Position numbers and translations under genes: made by a program. Source: Gnetum montanum (lineage: Eukaryota > Plantae > Gnetophyta). From it: a DNA stretch of 62,701 bases. Below, in pieces: positions 22,941 through 37,149 of the stretch; positions within the stretch are counted from its first letter, which is position 1, and the number at the start of each line of letters is the position of its first letter. The notes beneath the pieces were generated by a model, which made no database searches, was not told the DNA's origin, and worked only from the letters and a program-made list of their open reading frames with translations. The DNA lies in contig MNCI01000741.1 in the NCBI GenBank assembly GCA_015680685.1, positions 1-62,701 on the forward strand. Direction: 5' to 3'.

Positions 22941-25111
22941 TAAAGCACCATAAATTTTGGGGCTTTTATGATTTAGCATAGTCCTAGAATCTGGTACAAA
23001 GATATCTACAAGCATGGTGTCATGTTAGACCATGCAGACAACGTGGCATCCCAGATGTCCTAACACCTAAAAAATAACTTTCGAGTCTACCTACCATCCT
23101 CTGCAGCATAGCTAATGTGACACCTAGCCAGTAGGCTAATTTTCATGAAAGGGCCACTAGGGGTAGATTGTATAGTTTGGCAAATTTTCTATCTCTCAGG
23201 CTGACAGGTTTGCCACACCCTTTAGCCTGCCTAGCTTGACATTTGGCCCAACTGATGATCTACCCAGGGACTATGCTAGGAGCAACCAAAAGTTCTCAGG
23301 ATAGACTAAATAGTTTGGCAAGTTTTCTAACTATGAACCTACTACAATGCATAACGTAGCAGACCTTGGGAAGACTGATGAGGCACCCAAGATGTAGATT
23401 GACAACAATTTACTCCTATGGGATATCTGCCCCACTTCATCCATGATGCATGAGCAATATGATGCAAAAAAATATGGCAAGTACTATTAGAAATCATTTC
23501 GATTTGAGTGCTATGCTACACAACATAGCAGGGATGTGCTCTAATAGTGCTCCTACTCAGATGGTTCTAATGGAGTAAGCTTATTTGCCCATGATTCAAC
23601 CATCAAACATGTTTTCTCTATTGCCACACTAGGACATGACTAACATTCTGTGATAAAGTGTTTACAAAGTAAGTCAGAATTTGGGTCAAACTAGGTGCTA
23701 CGTTGCACTATGCTACTTAGCATAGTGCAGTGTAGTAAGGACAAAATGCACAAAGGTTCTCTACCAAGTGGTTCCAGCAAGAGGATTGCACTTGGCCACA
23801 CTCTAGCCTCTAAGACTACCTGTCCCACTTCTCCCTTAGGTCCTAAGCAAATTTTCTCAATGTAGCACTATAGAACAGATAGGAATTCATGTCACATTGG
23901 CTGATACACTGTGCTACGCTGCATAGTGTAGCACAACATACCAAGGACACAAAACATCAAAACGTCCCAAGGATAAACTTCGTAGATCCCAGGACCTCTT
24001 AACATAAAAGAAAGGGTTGTAGTTGCTTGCCTAGCCAAGTCTCAAATAGGTATTCTTGGCTTTTAGACAAGGTTTCTTTTAATACTCAAAACTACACTAC
24101 ACTACGCTATGCAGTGTAATGCAGCATAGCGTGCAGGTGTCTACACTACCCACATACGTTGGGTGGTGTAACTGGCATGACACTCACATGAAAGCATCAA
24201 AGCATCTCTGGTTAGCCCCAAAACTTGTTGGCAATGGTCACTATCGTCCTAGCATCTCTTCAATGGACAAAATCAACAAGTTTTCTTTGTTTTGTACTTC
24301 CCATGACTATCCCCAAAGTTGTCCCTATGCTTGATCCTACTTACAAGAGTAGGAAAGACGTAGTCTTGGAGCACAGGCTCCACTTTGCATTCATTGTTGG
24401 CATCCTTGGTAACAAACATGGTAGTTCCCTAGACTTTGGCACATGCAGTTTGAGAACCTTGTGGGACCTAGGACATGTTGCATCCAAACCATGTTTTTCT
24501 CCTCCACCTAGCCCTATAAATATCCCAGCGACTACATTCAAGGGGTTGGCTTGAGAATTGGCTTCTTGCATTGTTGGCTTTGAGAATCATCTTTCTAGAA
24601 GTTGGCTTTGAAGATTGGCATCTGGCATTTTGGCATTTTGGCTCTCTAGTGATTAGTTTTGGCAAAGAGATTAGTAAGCAGAAGGTTTCTGTTAACAAGC
24701 TGTTGATTTTAGTTCAAGGGGTTGTGACCATACCACTTCATTGTAAGCTGTTTCCATCCATGCTATGCACCAGTTGTACACCTTCAACTAAACAAAGATC
24801 AAATCCCCTAATCTTGGGATGATGCACTTTCTCACATAAGCTTATTTCACTTTATTTTTCTATTATCATATTTTGCATTATTCTTTGTTAGTTTACATTC
24901 GTCATTTATCACTTACGACATACATAATGCCTCTAAAAAAATGTTTACGAAAGGTTATTGTACACTGGTTAAGTCCCTGTCTAATCGACCAGACTATTTA
25001 GGGCACCCTGCTTCCATTTTTCCCCAACATGGCCCTTGCTTGGATCCAGGGTTACGCTGTACATCCGGTGACCTCTCAGTGTTCTAATGAGTAACATTTT
25101 TGGTTGCTATA
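22941..25111 (+). repeat. 3' LTR of B (~2.17 kb), preceded by the PPT AAAGAGGGGCCAT
   Basis: PPT 22928-22940; start taaagcacc (decayed TGAAACACC); CTATAAATA ~24514; end ttttggttgctata (decayed ...CTACA). Confidence 0.85.
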
Positions 25112-26900
25112 GAAAGATACACCATTTTTTTGGACCATTAAATGTGAAAAAGCATTTCAACAATTGAAGAAGAAACTTGTAAAAACTCCAATTCTACAAG
25201 TACCCAACTCATCTAGACCATTTCATGTTATAATGAAGGCATCGACTTATGCCTTGGGAGTTGTGCTTATGCAAATGGATGATAAGAAATGTCCATACTA
25301 CATCCACTACACAATCTGAAGCTTTCTGGATGCACAATTGAACTACACCACCACAAAAAAAGAATTGATGTTAGTGGTGTTTGCTCTAGAGAAGTTTAGG
25401 TACTATGTGCTTGGAAATGTGTTTGTGCACATAGATCATAATTTCATTTGATTCTTTATGAACAAACCAATGGTAAGCACCCATGTCATATGGTGGCTGG
25501 TGATGTTACAGGAATTTGATCTTACAATGGTAGATCAAAGGGGTATTGAGAATGTGGTTGTTGATCACTTGTCTTGATTAAGATGGGACAATAAAGAGGA
25601 AGAAAGTCCATTATCTGATATGTTTCCTAATAAACTCATCTTTGCTAGGGCTATAACTAAATAATTTCCCAATGATCCTAAATGCTATGATGGCATTCTC
25701 ACCTATATTCTCACTCAAGAGATGCCATAAGGGTTGGACCACTAGAAGAAACAATAGTTTCTTCACTAGGTGAAATGCTTCATGAAGATCAATAAACACC
25801 TCTATAAGGTGTGCACTGATGGCCTAGTTTTCTGGTGTATCCTTGATACTAATCAACTACATGTTCTCTAGGATGCTCATGAAGGTCCTTATGGGGGCCA
25901 CTATGTTGGGAGATGCATGACCATTAAAATCCTAATGGTAGTGTACTATTGGCCAACAATCTTTAGGGATGCTCACCAATATGTTCACTTTTGTGAACAA
26001 TGCCAATGAGATGGTGGAATGACTGATCAAATGGAAGGACCTCAATAATTGATTCATTCACTAGAATCATTCAACATCTAGGGCATTGACTTCATGGGTC
26101 ACATCCATGTCAATTGGAAAGGCATGCATCATATGGGTAGAAGCAATAGTCATCACCGACTATACATCTTCTACTGCTACTTGGTTTGTACAACAAAATG
26201 TTGTAAATAGGTTTGGTGTGCCACATGCATTAATTTTTGATAATGGAACTTACTTTATAAGAACTACTATTCAAAAGCTCATGCAATGATTGGGGGTTGA
26301 ACATAAACTCACAACGCCTTACCACCTCCAAGCCAATGGTCAAGCTAAGGTTACTAATAGGGAAATCACAAAGATTCTAACTAGAACTGTTAGCAAATAT
26401 AGAAAAGACTAGAGCACAAAACTTAATGATGCCCTTTGGACCTACCACGTAACATGAAAACTTCTTATAGGCTACTCTCCTTATGAGCTAGTGTACAGAA
26501 AATTACCAGCACTTCCTATTCAATCCAAGCTCCATACACTTTCAATAGCGTACAACCTTGACCTTGACTTGAGTCTAGCAAAAAAAGAAAAATTAATGAA
26601 TCTTAACTTACTAGATGAAAAATGATTGGTCACCCTATCATCTAACAAGTTGCACAAGACATTCAACAAAAAGCATCATGACCGAGAATCAGGAAAGTCA
26701 AATTTCAACCAGGAGATAAGGTTCTCTACTAGAACCCCACACACGTACCTTGATAAATTAAGTTCTAGATGTTGTGGGAAGGACCTTATATAATTTATGA
26801 AAAATTTTCTTTTGGGGCCATGATGATCTACAAACCTAAGAGCCTAGACAAGAAATAGTTGGTCAACATACAACAAGTTAAACCATTCCACAAGCATAAG
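25112..26900 (+). pseudogene. pol: Athila-like pol remnant (RT connection, RNase H, integrase), interrupted on the left by B
   Basis: KDTPFFWTIKCEKAFQQLKKKLVKTPIL; AQLNYTTTKKELMLVVFALEKFRYYVLG; HEGPYGGHY..YYWPTIFRDAH; GIDFMG; RFGVPHALIFDNGTYF; TPYHLQANGQAKVTNREITKIL. Confidence 0.88.
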
Positions 26901-28883
26901 CCAACTAATACAACAAATGCCTCATCAGATGGACAACCACACTTAATATTTCAGATCTCCTCCTTTTAACTTAGTCATGGGGGAGATGAAAATCTGTGCT
27001 AACTATACAAGTGGCTCCTCAATTTTTCATTTTTTTTACACCTTGTTACATTTACAACTTTTTGTTTTGCATATTCTTTATTTTACATCTTCTTGTTTTC
27101 ATGTTATTAATCTTTTCTAATTTTTTTTTTACACCATCATTGGCACATTTACTATTTCTTGAATATTTTACACTTTCTCTTATATTCTCTTTTATTCTGG
27201 TGTGATTTTCTAACTTTTTGTTAATAAGTTTCAGGCATAGTGGTAATTCATTGCTTGATGGTAGTATGTACTATTTAGTTATTTGATTATTGGTGTCTAG
27301 ATTCTAGCTTTGAATTTTGTTATTGATGATTAGGACATGGTTTCTTTTTTAGGCAATAGGTAGTGAGTCTACCAGATCCATCCATCCACAAACTATACAG
27401 TTTTTCTTGTTCTAGATATGTGTAGTCTCTTTTTCATTAATAAAACTATAATGAATTTGTGACTTTGGTGGTTTCTAAATTTGGAAAGGATTCAAAGGTT
27501 TGAATAGGGTGTAACTTCAAAGGAATTCAGTATTCTTTGTGCCTTTTTTCTTACATGGTTGCATGTGTGTTTTCATGGATTTTTTACCATTCCATGTCAG
27601 CCAATAAAAGGAAGTTGAATAAATCTTTGAATGGTGTGGTTTTCATAAAAAAACCAATGAGAATTCAAAGCACATCCCTTAGATAAAATAAATGGGCTAC
27701 AAGAATTTTTCATGGGACTAGAAAGACATATTACCCATTCATGAAGGTCCCCTCTAACTAAGGCCCTTCCTTACATCCTACTCTTTTCTTCTCTACTAAG
27801 GAATGGTGGTTGTTCTATGGAAGCACTCTTGTGTCTCAGGTAGATGGACTGGTCTTAGAATGATGATGCATAGTCACTGAACATGGTTGGTTATGTTTTG
27901 GACTAAGAATGAATTTTATCAAGTGATGTGACCTTAATCAAGAACTCCATTCCACTCTATCTTATCCATTTATGCTTTCCATGTTACACCTCACTACCAA
28001 TTTCATGTTCTTGATCGATGTCTTGTTTTGATGTGTCAAAATTCGTAGGTAGTTCCTCCCAAGTTTTTATATTTAAATTTCCATAACCATTAATCATCAA
28101 CAAGGCCCATGAACTCTTCAGTTTGAGGTTATGAAAGGGCAATAAAAGGCTTGTGCCTACTTTGGGAAGGACCCTCTTGCATATCTTTTGGTTGGGTTAG
28201 TTAAGCTCTTTATCCTTAGATTTCCTTTTAATCAAATCCTTTTGTTTACCTTATCAATGACATCCAATTGTATGCATCTTCACAACATTTTTTAGTGAAA
28301 TATTTTATTATTATTATTGTGAATTCTTACACCCTCTTCAAGCATTTCATCCTATTTGAACTTTTTTGAATTTAATAATGGACCGCTTATCCATTTTACT
28401 CTATTTGTTAGTCTTCCCGCTAATTCTACTGAAGGAATCAATCCATCATAATCACAACCTAGCCAAGTGTAACCACTGATGAGATAAGGTGCTTTAAAGC
28501 TATATGTTTTGCCTTGAATACTATGATTTTGTTGTGATTATAGTGGGAAGTGTGGACTGGAAGTGGAACTATCTTCACAAAGGATGATGTAGTAGGACCA
28601 TGTGACGAAGACTCTTCATAATCATTGAATCTTCTCTCTCATTGTTCAGCTACCAAGAGGAGTTAAATGTTAGTTTTATCCAAAGTGTTCAATTTTATTG
28701 TCATGAACACCCACTTTTGTAAAAGATTGTAAATCTATACACTCAAGCACTTTAGAGTTTGTTTGTTCCATCTAAGTTAGTTTGTATGTTAGTCAATAAT
28801 CCCATACCTACCCAATATTCTATAAGAAACTTATTCCTCCTCTTCTTCACTCGAGGATGAGTTTTTATTTAGTTGTGGCAGTA

Positions 28884-30100
28884 TGATGAATTGTATTTTG
28901 ACATGCTCCAATATCAGTGATGAATTTTTGGCTTAATTTATTAAAATAAGGATTTTATACTAGTGGTTCATATTATCCTTGAATGCTATGAAATTAGTGT
29001 TTTATATGCCCATTATTTTTATCACATTTTTTTTCTTGTTAAACTTGTAAATCCTAAAATTGTTGAGAAAGTTTTAGATCTTAATATTTTTACTAGATCA
29101 TCATAATAATTTTATTACTTAGAAATGAAAAGTATATTTTGATCCCAATTCTTTTGATTATTCTAAAATTTCTTACTATATCAAATTAAAAAAATTTCAA
29201 CATATTTTCCTATTGGCACAATCCTCAAAAAAAAGATTAAAAACACTATTAGATAATGTGCAACACACATATTATTTTGTAGATATTTATGTACAATAGA
29301 GGAGGATAGAACAAAACTCAAGGTAGGTATAAAATGTTATATATCTTATGTTAGAAAGCTTAGGGCTAAGGTGACATTTCACCAAGAAACTTTAGCATAG
29401 CCCTTGTCTTGGGATTGATGAATATTGAAAATTGCAATTCATTAGTTATGACGTTTCATCTTATGATGCTATGTTATAGATGTGATGTCTTCACCTCACA
29501 AAATGCATATAAATACATGTGTTGGAATGGCAAAAAGGTCATAGTTGTTTCTTTTATTGCCAAAAATGTTGTTATCTTTTACAATCTAGTGCATGTTCTA
29601 TATGTTATTAACCTCTACTCTATCATGATGAAATCCATCTTCTACCATCAAATCATCACCAAGTGTAGAACCTAGACCATGACTATGATCACAACCACCA
29701 TCAAGTCTTCTCTGTGAAACAACTTCTTATTGCAAGGAAGGTGGTTGCATATTTTCATCATTTGGAATGATTGCTAATTGATTTTTGAATTCACATTCGC
29801 ATCCATGTCCACATCTTTTTCCTCATTCCTATTGATGAGTAGCAAGTAGTCCCTACACCTAACCATACAAATCACTAGTGTATACTAAGTGATCTGGTCA
29901 AATTCTGTACACTTTAGCTCTCTAAGTACACTGGATCTAGGTAGTGAATATCAAGGATGTGATCATTGTATTCTTAGTTTCACTTGTTAAGTACAAGTGT
30001 ATGTTTAACTGTAACTAAGGCATATGATTTTTATCATTTTATATTTTATCGTTTCAATCGCCTAAGTGCTAGAAAATAAAGTAATTGAATATTTGAGCAA
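28884..30100 (+). repeat. Probable decayed 3' LTR of the Athila-like element (right end uncertain)
   Basis: ctcgaggatgag...ttagttgtggcagta|TGATG resembles the Athila pre-LTR/PPT context; AT-rich. Confidence 0.4.
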
Positions 30101-30904
30101 TCTAGTAACTAACTAGAATCTTAACTAATCCTAACATAAGCATATGTTCCTATTTACTATACACATCCTAAACCATGTTATTGCATTACCAAGCATTAAG
30201 CATAACTAGAATTATCAAATGTTAATGTATGCTCGAAATGGTCATAATTATGTGCTTTAATTAATCACTATTTAATTAGTTAATCTAATGCATTAAAGAA
30301 AATTACTTAAATAATAAATGCATTTAAAGTAAACATTAATCTATTTCAAAATGTTACAAGGTTTGTTAAGAAAGCTCGTCTTTATTGCTAGTCACACCAA
30401 GGTGCTTAGGTACATTAGTGTTCAAATAAAGATCTATACACTTCTCACTCCCACTACAGGCCCTTAAAAAATATTCTAACTATCAAATGAATAAAATTCA
30501 AGAGCTTCACTAGGATACTAACTATGAGATGTCATAAATGTGACTAGTGAGCATGTATTTATATTTAATGATTGGCACTATGTTGACAAGGTCACATCAA
30601 TACATTAAACCATGCATCGATGAGACCATGTTGATGGGGTCACATCAATGGAATATGCTTCATGATACAACCATAACTAAATGAAAACTTATCCTCAAGT
30701 GAAAAAAATGAGAAACAAGTTCTTTACAAAATTTTGGATTATTAACTAACTATAGACACACAAATTGACATAAAAAAAAGCTAAGTGCCCAAGTGTATGG
30801 ATTTACAATTATTACAAAAATTAATGTTCATGATAACAAAATTGAACACCATGATAAAACTTTACAACACAACTCCTTTAACATCTTAAAGATAACAAAA
30901 AAAA

Positions 30905-33400
30905 TCAAATGATACCAGGTGATGGAGGTTCTTGATGTGCCAAAGGACCTTCTTCTAATTTCATTGCACACGATTATTAAAGTGATGGTTATGGCTATCT
31001 TGATGCAATTGCAACTTTTGGCAAAAGATAGAAAGCATCCAAAAATGCTTTCATCTTCTCCTCCTTACTCCTAGGATCATGCATAGTCCACTCAACATTG
31101 CAAATGTGGGTTGGTATGGGAACATCCCAAGAATAGGGCATTACAAGCAACAATTCCTTGATATTGGTAAATTAGGTATTGAACTATTTGTATTCGATGT
31201 TGAATTCACTGAGTACATTCTACATCTTCTATTAGTCATTCATTCTTTTAGCTAGGTTATCTGCTATTGATCTTTGATTAGTGAAATTTTCCTTGAGAAC
31301 CTTGAGTTTCTCATTTGTTTTCTCAAACATCTCCTTGGTCTCTTTATGATGCTTGAACTCTACATCATATAGAAGGTACAAGCTAGCCACTTACTTCTTC
31401 AACTCTAACCTTAGCCTTCTAGTGCTTAACATTGCCAAGTTTGAGTAATGGAAGTTGGCAAGCTCCATGTACTCCATCATCTCTTTGAGTTGTAGTTCAT
31501 TAAGGTAGATCTCAACTTTGTTGTATGCATTTATTCCATCAAAGATGGGCTACCAAACATTGCCTCCTTGTTGAAGCTAATGGAGGAACTCATTCACCTT
31601 CATCTTTTTCAATTGGATGTGTTTTTCATTTATCTCCTTTTGTAAGCCAAGTTGATATCTATAATGGTTCTTGATGCTTTCAAACTTAAGGGCCACATTT
31701 TTCTAGGTGACAATTTCAATGGTAGACTTCTAACAAAGGGGATGCACCTCCTCCATTAAGAGATTTTGATTCTCTATAGTCAACCCCTTTAGTTTAGTGT
31801 TTACTCTAGCAAGTTGCTCTTACTATTGTTAGATGAATTTAGCCATCTATTCATTTTACATTTTGACATTTCGTAGGCAATGATTTTCTTAGATCAGCCT
31901 TATGTTCTCTTAGCAAACCTTTGACAAGTTCTTCTGAATATTGTAGGCAATGGCATTAGCTAAGGACTAGTCAAAGATCACCAACTCCTTTACGTACTTA
32001 GCCTCTTGGAGTTTTTGTTAAAGTTATTTGAAAGCCTCATCTCTTGAGATTGCTTGGCTAAGTATGATGGGATTAGTGAGGTAGGCTCTGAGTTTCCCAA
32101 CTTCAGCAACTAAGAATTCAACATTAGCTCAAGCTATTTCCAGTTGGGCATTGGCAAAAAGAACTTTGCCCTTAACCTTAAGCAGCTTCAAATGGTTTGT
32201 TGCAATGGTTTTTGAGATATCAAAGATATCTAGAATTGGTTGCCTAGTTCCTACTATTCGGTCTAGCAACTCTTCATGCTAATTTTCATTGAATCTTCCA
32301 CTTGGTGCTCCTACAAGCACCTGCACATTTCTAAGTGCAGCAACATCTAGTATAGATGTTGCATGGGTCTTGAGTGCATCAACCACTCTATCAGCTACCA
32401 CCTCTTCCACTGTCTCTTACACTTGGTGCTACATCACTAGAATAGTTTTCCCCTTGCCCTCCTCTAATTGCATTGAAAAGGTAGCAGCATTTGCAAAGAT
32501 TTTTGGGAATTACTACTATTGAAAGTAAGATACCATTACCTCTCAAGAACTATGATTCAATCTTTTGAGCACCTACATTCTTTTAGTAGAAAACATTAGC
32601 TCTAAACCCTCCATATTATTGATGGATTTTGCTACCTCGTTCAAATGACTAAACGATGGTCTATAGGTAGAGGGTTTACCACCAATTGGTCTTGCCTACT
32701 ACTACTATAGGAGTTACTCATGGAGTTTGTGCATGCACTCAATGATAGTGAGGGACTATAACATTGCTTTTTCATGAGTGAGTGGTGGTGGAGGCTACTC
32801 CTCTTTAATCATCTTGGAAAGGACTATGTCCTTCATTAGTTCTACCCAAGAGGTAAAAGGAGCATGTCTGATATTATCATTGAAATAGTGGGTTGTTCCT
32901 CCCTTTGTCGCATAATTTCCAGATGAGACATGGGAAGAGGAGTGTCTTCCTTCCATGTTCATTTTATTTGAATCTCTTCTCCATCTCTAGATAAATTAGC
33001 TATGAAAGGTTAATAGGGAATTTTCTACTTAGAGTGGTGCATTCACAAGCAGAGAAGGATGATATCTTACTAGGCCTCATCTTTGGATTAAGGTGGTAGG
33101 CCACCATCTTAAAGTATGCATGCTCTGCCATTGTAAGTGCACCAAACTCCTTATGGTCAACACTATAGCATTGTCAAATACACTCCTTCTTGACATCAAG
33201 AGCTACTTGCATTGAAATATCTACCAAGGTTTCCATAGTTTCTAGCAATCAAGGACCTTTGAAATGGCCTTAATTGAGTAGGACACAGAAATTTCCTTGA
33301 TCTTCATTGTGGCATCATCCTATTTGTTATTCTAGAAGAGGTATGTTTATCCCATGTATTATTCTTTGCTAGAAGTGAGAATGGGCCAAATGGGAGAGGC
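30905..33400 (-). pseudogene. Retroelement extra ORF: Transposase_32 (putative plant transposon protein)-like domain + long coiled coil
   Basis: ATMKIKEISVSYSIKAISKVL..AYFKMVAYHLNPKMRPSKIS..FPINLS*LIYLEM..LLFPCLIWKLCDKG, then E/K/Q/L-rich heptad-like sequence over ~32.3-31.0 kb. Confidence 0.6.
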
Positions 33401-33429
33401 CTATAGTTGCACTTTAACATCTTCTTGGT

Positions 33430-34550
33430 CAAAGTCTAGGAAAGATCCAAAGTTTAGCTTAGAAAGAACTATTTTTTGGATCTTCCTAGACCAAATTTGC
33501 CTCAAACATGCCTCCATCAAATATCATAATTCCTTTTAAGATGAAATTTTAAGCAAAACTTGATCTTTAATGTCAAACTCCAAACCTATTCTTTCATTAT
33601 TAGCATAATTTGTAAATCTATCTTGTATTGCTTGAAGTTTCTCTATGACAATCTTAATTTACTCTATTACCTCTTTGATGATGTTTGTTCTGGTCCTTTA
33701 TATATCCTCTATAGTATCCGAACAAAAATTTGTATGGTAAGGTCTAACATATAATACTTCATATACTACTACTTTCATATTGACCTAATAAGTTTTGTTA
33801 TAAGTAAACTCTACCAATGAAAAAACTTTTTCCCAACTATTCTTAAAGTACAAAGAACAAGCTCTGAGCATATCCTTTAAAATTTGGTTGGTTTTCTTTG
33901 TCTAGTCATCTATCTAAGGATGATAAGCTAGGTTGAGATTTAACTTAGTATCCAAAAGTTTCTATAAAAACTACCAAAACCTGAACATGAACATGAACAT
34001 GTTGTCGCTAATTCTTTACCTATACTTACTAACATACGAAACACCTAGCCAAAAAATCACCCACATCTCTCTTTATGTCTTTCCACTAATAATGCCTTTT
34101 GATGGTCTAATACATCTTATTGCTACTTTAATAAATCTAATTGTTACTTAAGTGAGTCTCCTCAGGAAACTTCTATATGATTATTTCTGGTACATAAATC
34201 ATGTCTTTAAACCTCATTAAACATGAATTGTTCATTTTAATAAACTAATCCACTATAATAAACTAATACTTGTATAGTTTATACTATAAAATTTTGTGGT
34301 TTGTCCAAAGCATGATATTCTTACCATATAAGTAGTGTCTCAAAATTTTAAGAGTAAACACTTTGACAACTAGCTCTAAATCATGTGTTAGATACCTAGC
34401 TTCATGAGGTTTCAACTTTCTAAAAGCATGAGCCATCACCTTCCTGTCTTGCATGAGAACTCCTACAAATCCTTCTCTAAAAGCATTCATGTAAAAATCA
34501 TAAGGCTTCTTAGGAGTTGGTGAGATTATAATAGGCATTTTGACAAACCA
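33430..34550 (-). pseudogene. pol: Chromovirus (Tekay-like) RNase H and integrase remnant, heavily decayed
   Basis: GVLMQDRKVMAHAFRKLKPHEARYLTHDLEL..LKILRHYLYG; LDTKLNLNLAYHP*ID..TNQILKDMLRAC. Confidence 0.8.
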
Positions 34551-34559
34551 AGAAGAGGC

Positions 34560-37149
34560 AAAGGTGTAGATCGTTGCAAAGCCCCACATCCCAACAAAAC
34601 ACCGTAGCCAATGGTACACTGCAGTGGCCAATGCAATAGATGTAGACACCTCAGAAAAATGCTAGTCTTTGTGGCCAGACACCTTAGAGACTATGAATAT
34701 GCTATCCACTGTGCCTATTGTACACTATGTACCTTCTAAACCCTTTTGGTATTAACTATGCTCAACCCCAACTGAGGGTTATGTTCTAATTCACTCTCTT
34801 TTTCCTTGCATTTTCCACACTTTATTTGCATTTTTTTGTTGTTTTATTGCATAGTAATGTTGGAACTATGCTAAAGCAAAAGTTTCTACACATTGAAATC
34901 ATAAAATCCATTGAAAATATTGACTATGATCACCCCCTCAAGCACCTCTTAACTATGCTCAACCACACTAACATCATAAACACTATGAACATTGCAAATA
35001 CTATCTACACACTTAGCATCGTCTTACATCAGCATCGTAGCTAACCACGCTGCATCCCCCATTGCATCTAGTAAGTCCCTATTCAATTGACTAGACTATC
35101 CTCCAACAGGCCCTTGTATGGATTTGAGGTTAGGTTTTCTTTTCATGGACCTTGATGTTCTAGCTACCAACATTTTCAGTTGCTATAGTTTTCTAGTGCT
35201 AGAAGAAGGGCTAAACCACTTTTCTAGACTCTGTTGTGATTTTCCTATGTGCTCTCTACATCATAGTTGTTGGCTTTAGGCCAACATAGACCATAACACA
35301 CTTGTTAATCTATTACACACATAGTAGTAGTTAGATCATAGGCTAGCACAAGCATCATCTACTAGGTTGTCGATGTAGATTGAACCCTGTAGTTGATCCC
35401 CATAGGCCCCTATGTAATAACCAAAATCACACTCATTTCCACTGATTGATTAGTTCCCATTCTCTTCAATTGGAGTGTAGTTGTCTCCATTGTAGCTAAT
35501 GTAGTTCAATCTTTGACATGGAGAACATAGTTAGCGTAGTCTGCTCTCCAACATTGAGAGCATAGTTAGCATAGTCTGCTCTCTGGCATAGAGAGCATAG
35601 TCAGCAAAGTCTGCTCTTTGATGTAGAAATCATATTTAGTGGTGTTAGCTAAGACAAGGTTATTTTTAGCATAGTCCATAGTGTTTCACAACTAGCAACC
35701 CTTGTAGTTCCCTCTTACAACTTAATTTATGACCATGAACCCAGATCAACCTTCAACATTAGTTTTAAACACACTCGACATCTTTACCATCCAACAAGAG
35801 ATCAAGATTGATGACCTTGGGAGTCTTGTAATGGTAGGATGAAGATAATTCCTTAGGTTATGCTTCTAGGATCCATAATATGTCGTGCTAAGAAATGAGC
35901 AATACAATTTCATATGCACAAATATTTAAGTAGGCTTATTTTTAGACAACCCTAACATGGAGGCAAAATGAAACTATGAGCTGGTCCACCAAGATGAACC
36001 AGAGTATATATCCTCATCATTTGATATCATCCTATTCACAAAGCCCTAAAATTGGCTATTAGCCTAGCTCATCTGAGCAAGCAAGCATGATATAGGAACA
36101 AACTACAAGGAAACCCTACAAGAGGAAGAGGATGATTTCAAAGCTCACTCCAAGCATGAGGGTTCCTTCCACACTATCTTCCAATGAGTGATCCCCACTC
36201 TAGCTCCTCCGTGGTCTCATTCACTCATCTTCCTTAAGATAGTCATATCACCAACATCACCTTCCCACTCCGCTAGGCCTAGATCAATTCCTATGATAGA
36301 AACACATCAAACATAGCACACACATTCTAATGTAATGGCTCCACTTGACTTACCCTTCACGGCATCATCCCAATCCATTCATCCATCTTCATTTGTAGTA
36401 ACCGTATCAGCTCAATTGTACATCCATGCAAGGCCTATCTCCAAGCACCAAATGACTCAGCTCCTTACATCTTTCCTACTTTGTTAGCATCCCTAGCATC
36501 AGCCCAACCCACATATGCATTGCTTCCTCAAATCATTGTCCCCATAGCACAACCCACAAATCAAGCTTATTGCATAGTTTCACAACTCACAACTAGCCCA
36601 ACAACATATAGCACAACTAGCATAGTTGGCTAGAGTATCTCAAGACTTAGATAAGGTGTTCTAGATAATCCAAAGCTTGATAGAAGAGGTGAAGTGACTC
36701 AAAGCCACCTCCTCTGAAATTGTCAAAGTGATGAACTTCTATTAGGATGACCCTATAAGCCTTTTAGTCCCACCTCTAACTCTTCCAATTGGGATCTTAC
36801 TCTACCAATTTACCAAATACAATAGTGAGGAAGATCCCAATGTGCATCTGGTCATGTTTAGGTCAGAAGCATGGCTGTATGCCATCATGTGTGTCTTCAC
36901 CATGTCATTGACTGGAAAAGCATTAGATTGGTATCGTGCATTGCCTAAAAGCTATATCTCCTCTTTGGAGGACCTCTTGAGCTAATTTGTAATGTGCTTG
37001 AAATAAAAATTGAAGTCAGAGGCCACATTAGACTAACTAATGCAAGTTAAGAAGGGCTACCTAGAGCCCATGTAGAAGTTCATTCAACATCATTTGAGTG
37101 CTTCACTAAATGAAATATTTGAGCTAATAGCTAAAGCACACCTCCTACT
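34560..37149 (+). mobile_element. Element C: truncated LTR (to 35187), PBS 35194-35210, 5' UTR and decayed gag (35729-37149), interrupted by D
   Basis: cattttcagttgctata|gttttc|tagtgctagaagaaggg; gag FTKYNSEEDPNVHLV and FTMSLTGKALDWYRALP. Confidence 0.8.

Larger units (their letters stand above)
7530..25111 (+). mobile_element. Element B: decayed Tat/Ogre-type LTR retrotransposon (5' UTR, gag, PR, antisense gene cassette, deleted pol, 3' UTR, 3' LTR)
   Basis: Colinear gag, protease, spacer, RT stub/INT tail, PPT and LTR. Continuity across the 16821-17062 gap and the 16.5-19 kb insert is inferred from matching exon phase. Confidence 0.75.

Noticed and set aside
30905-33400. A DNA transposon implied by the name Transposase_32
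   Set aside because: No DDE motif, TIRs or TSD seen; the family name covers retroelement accessory ORFs.
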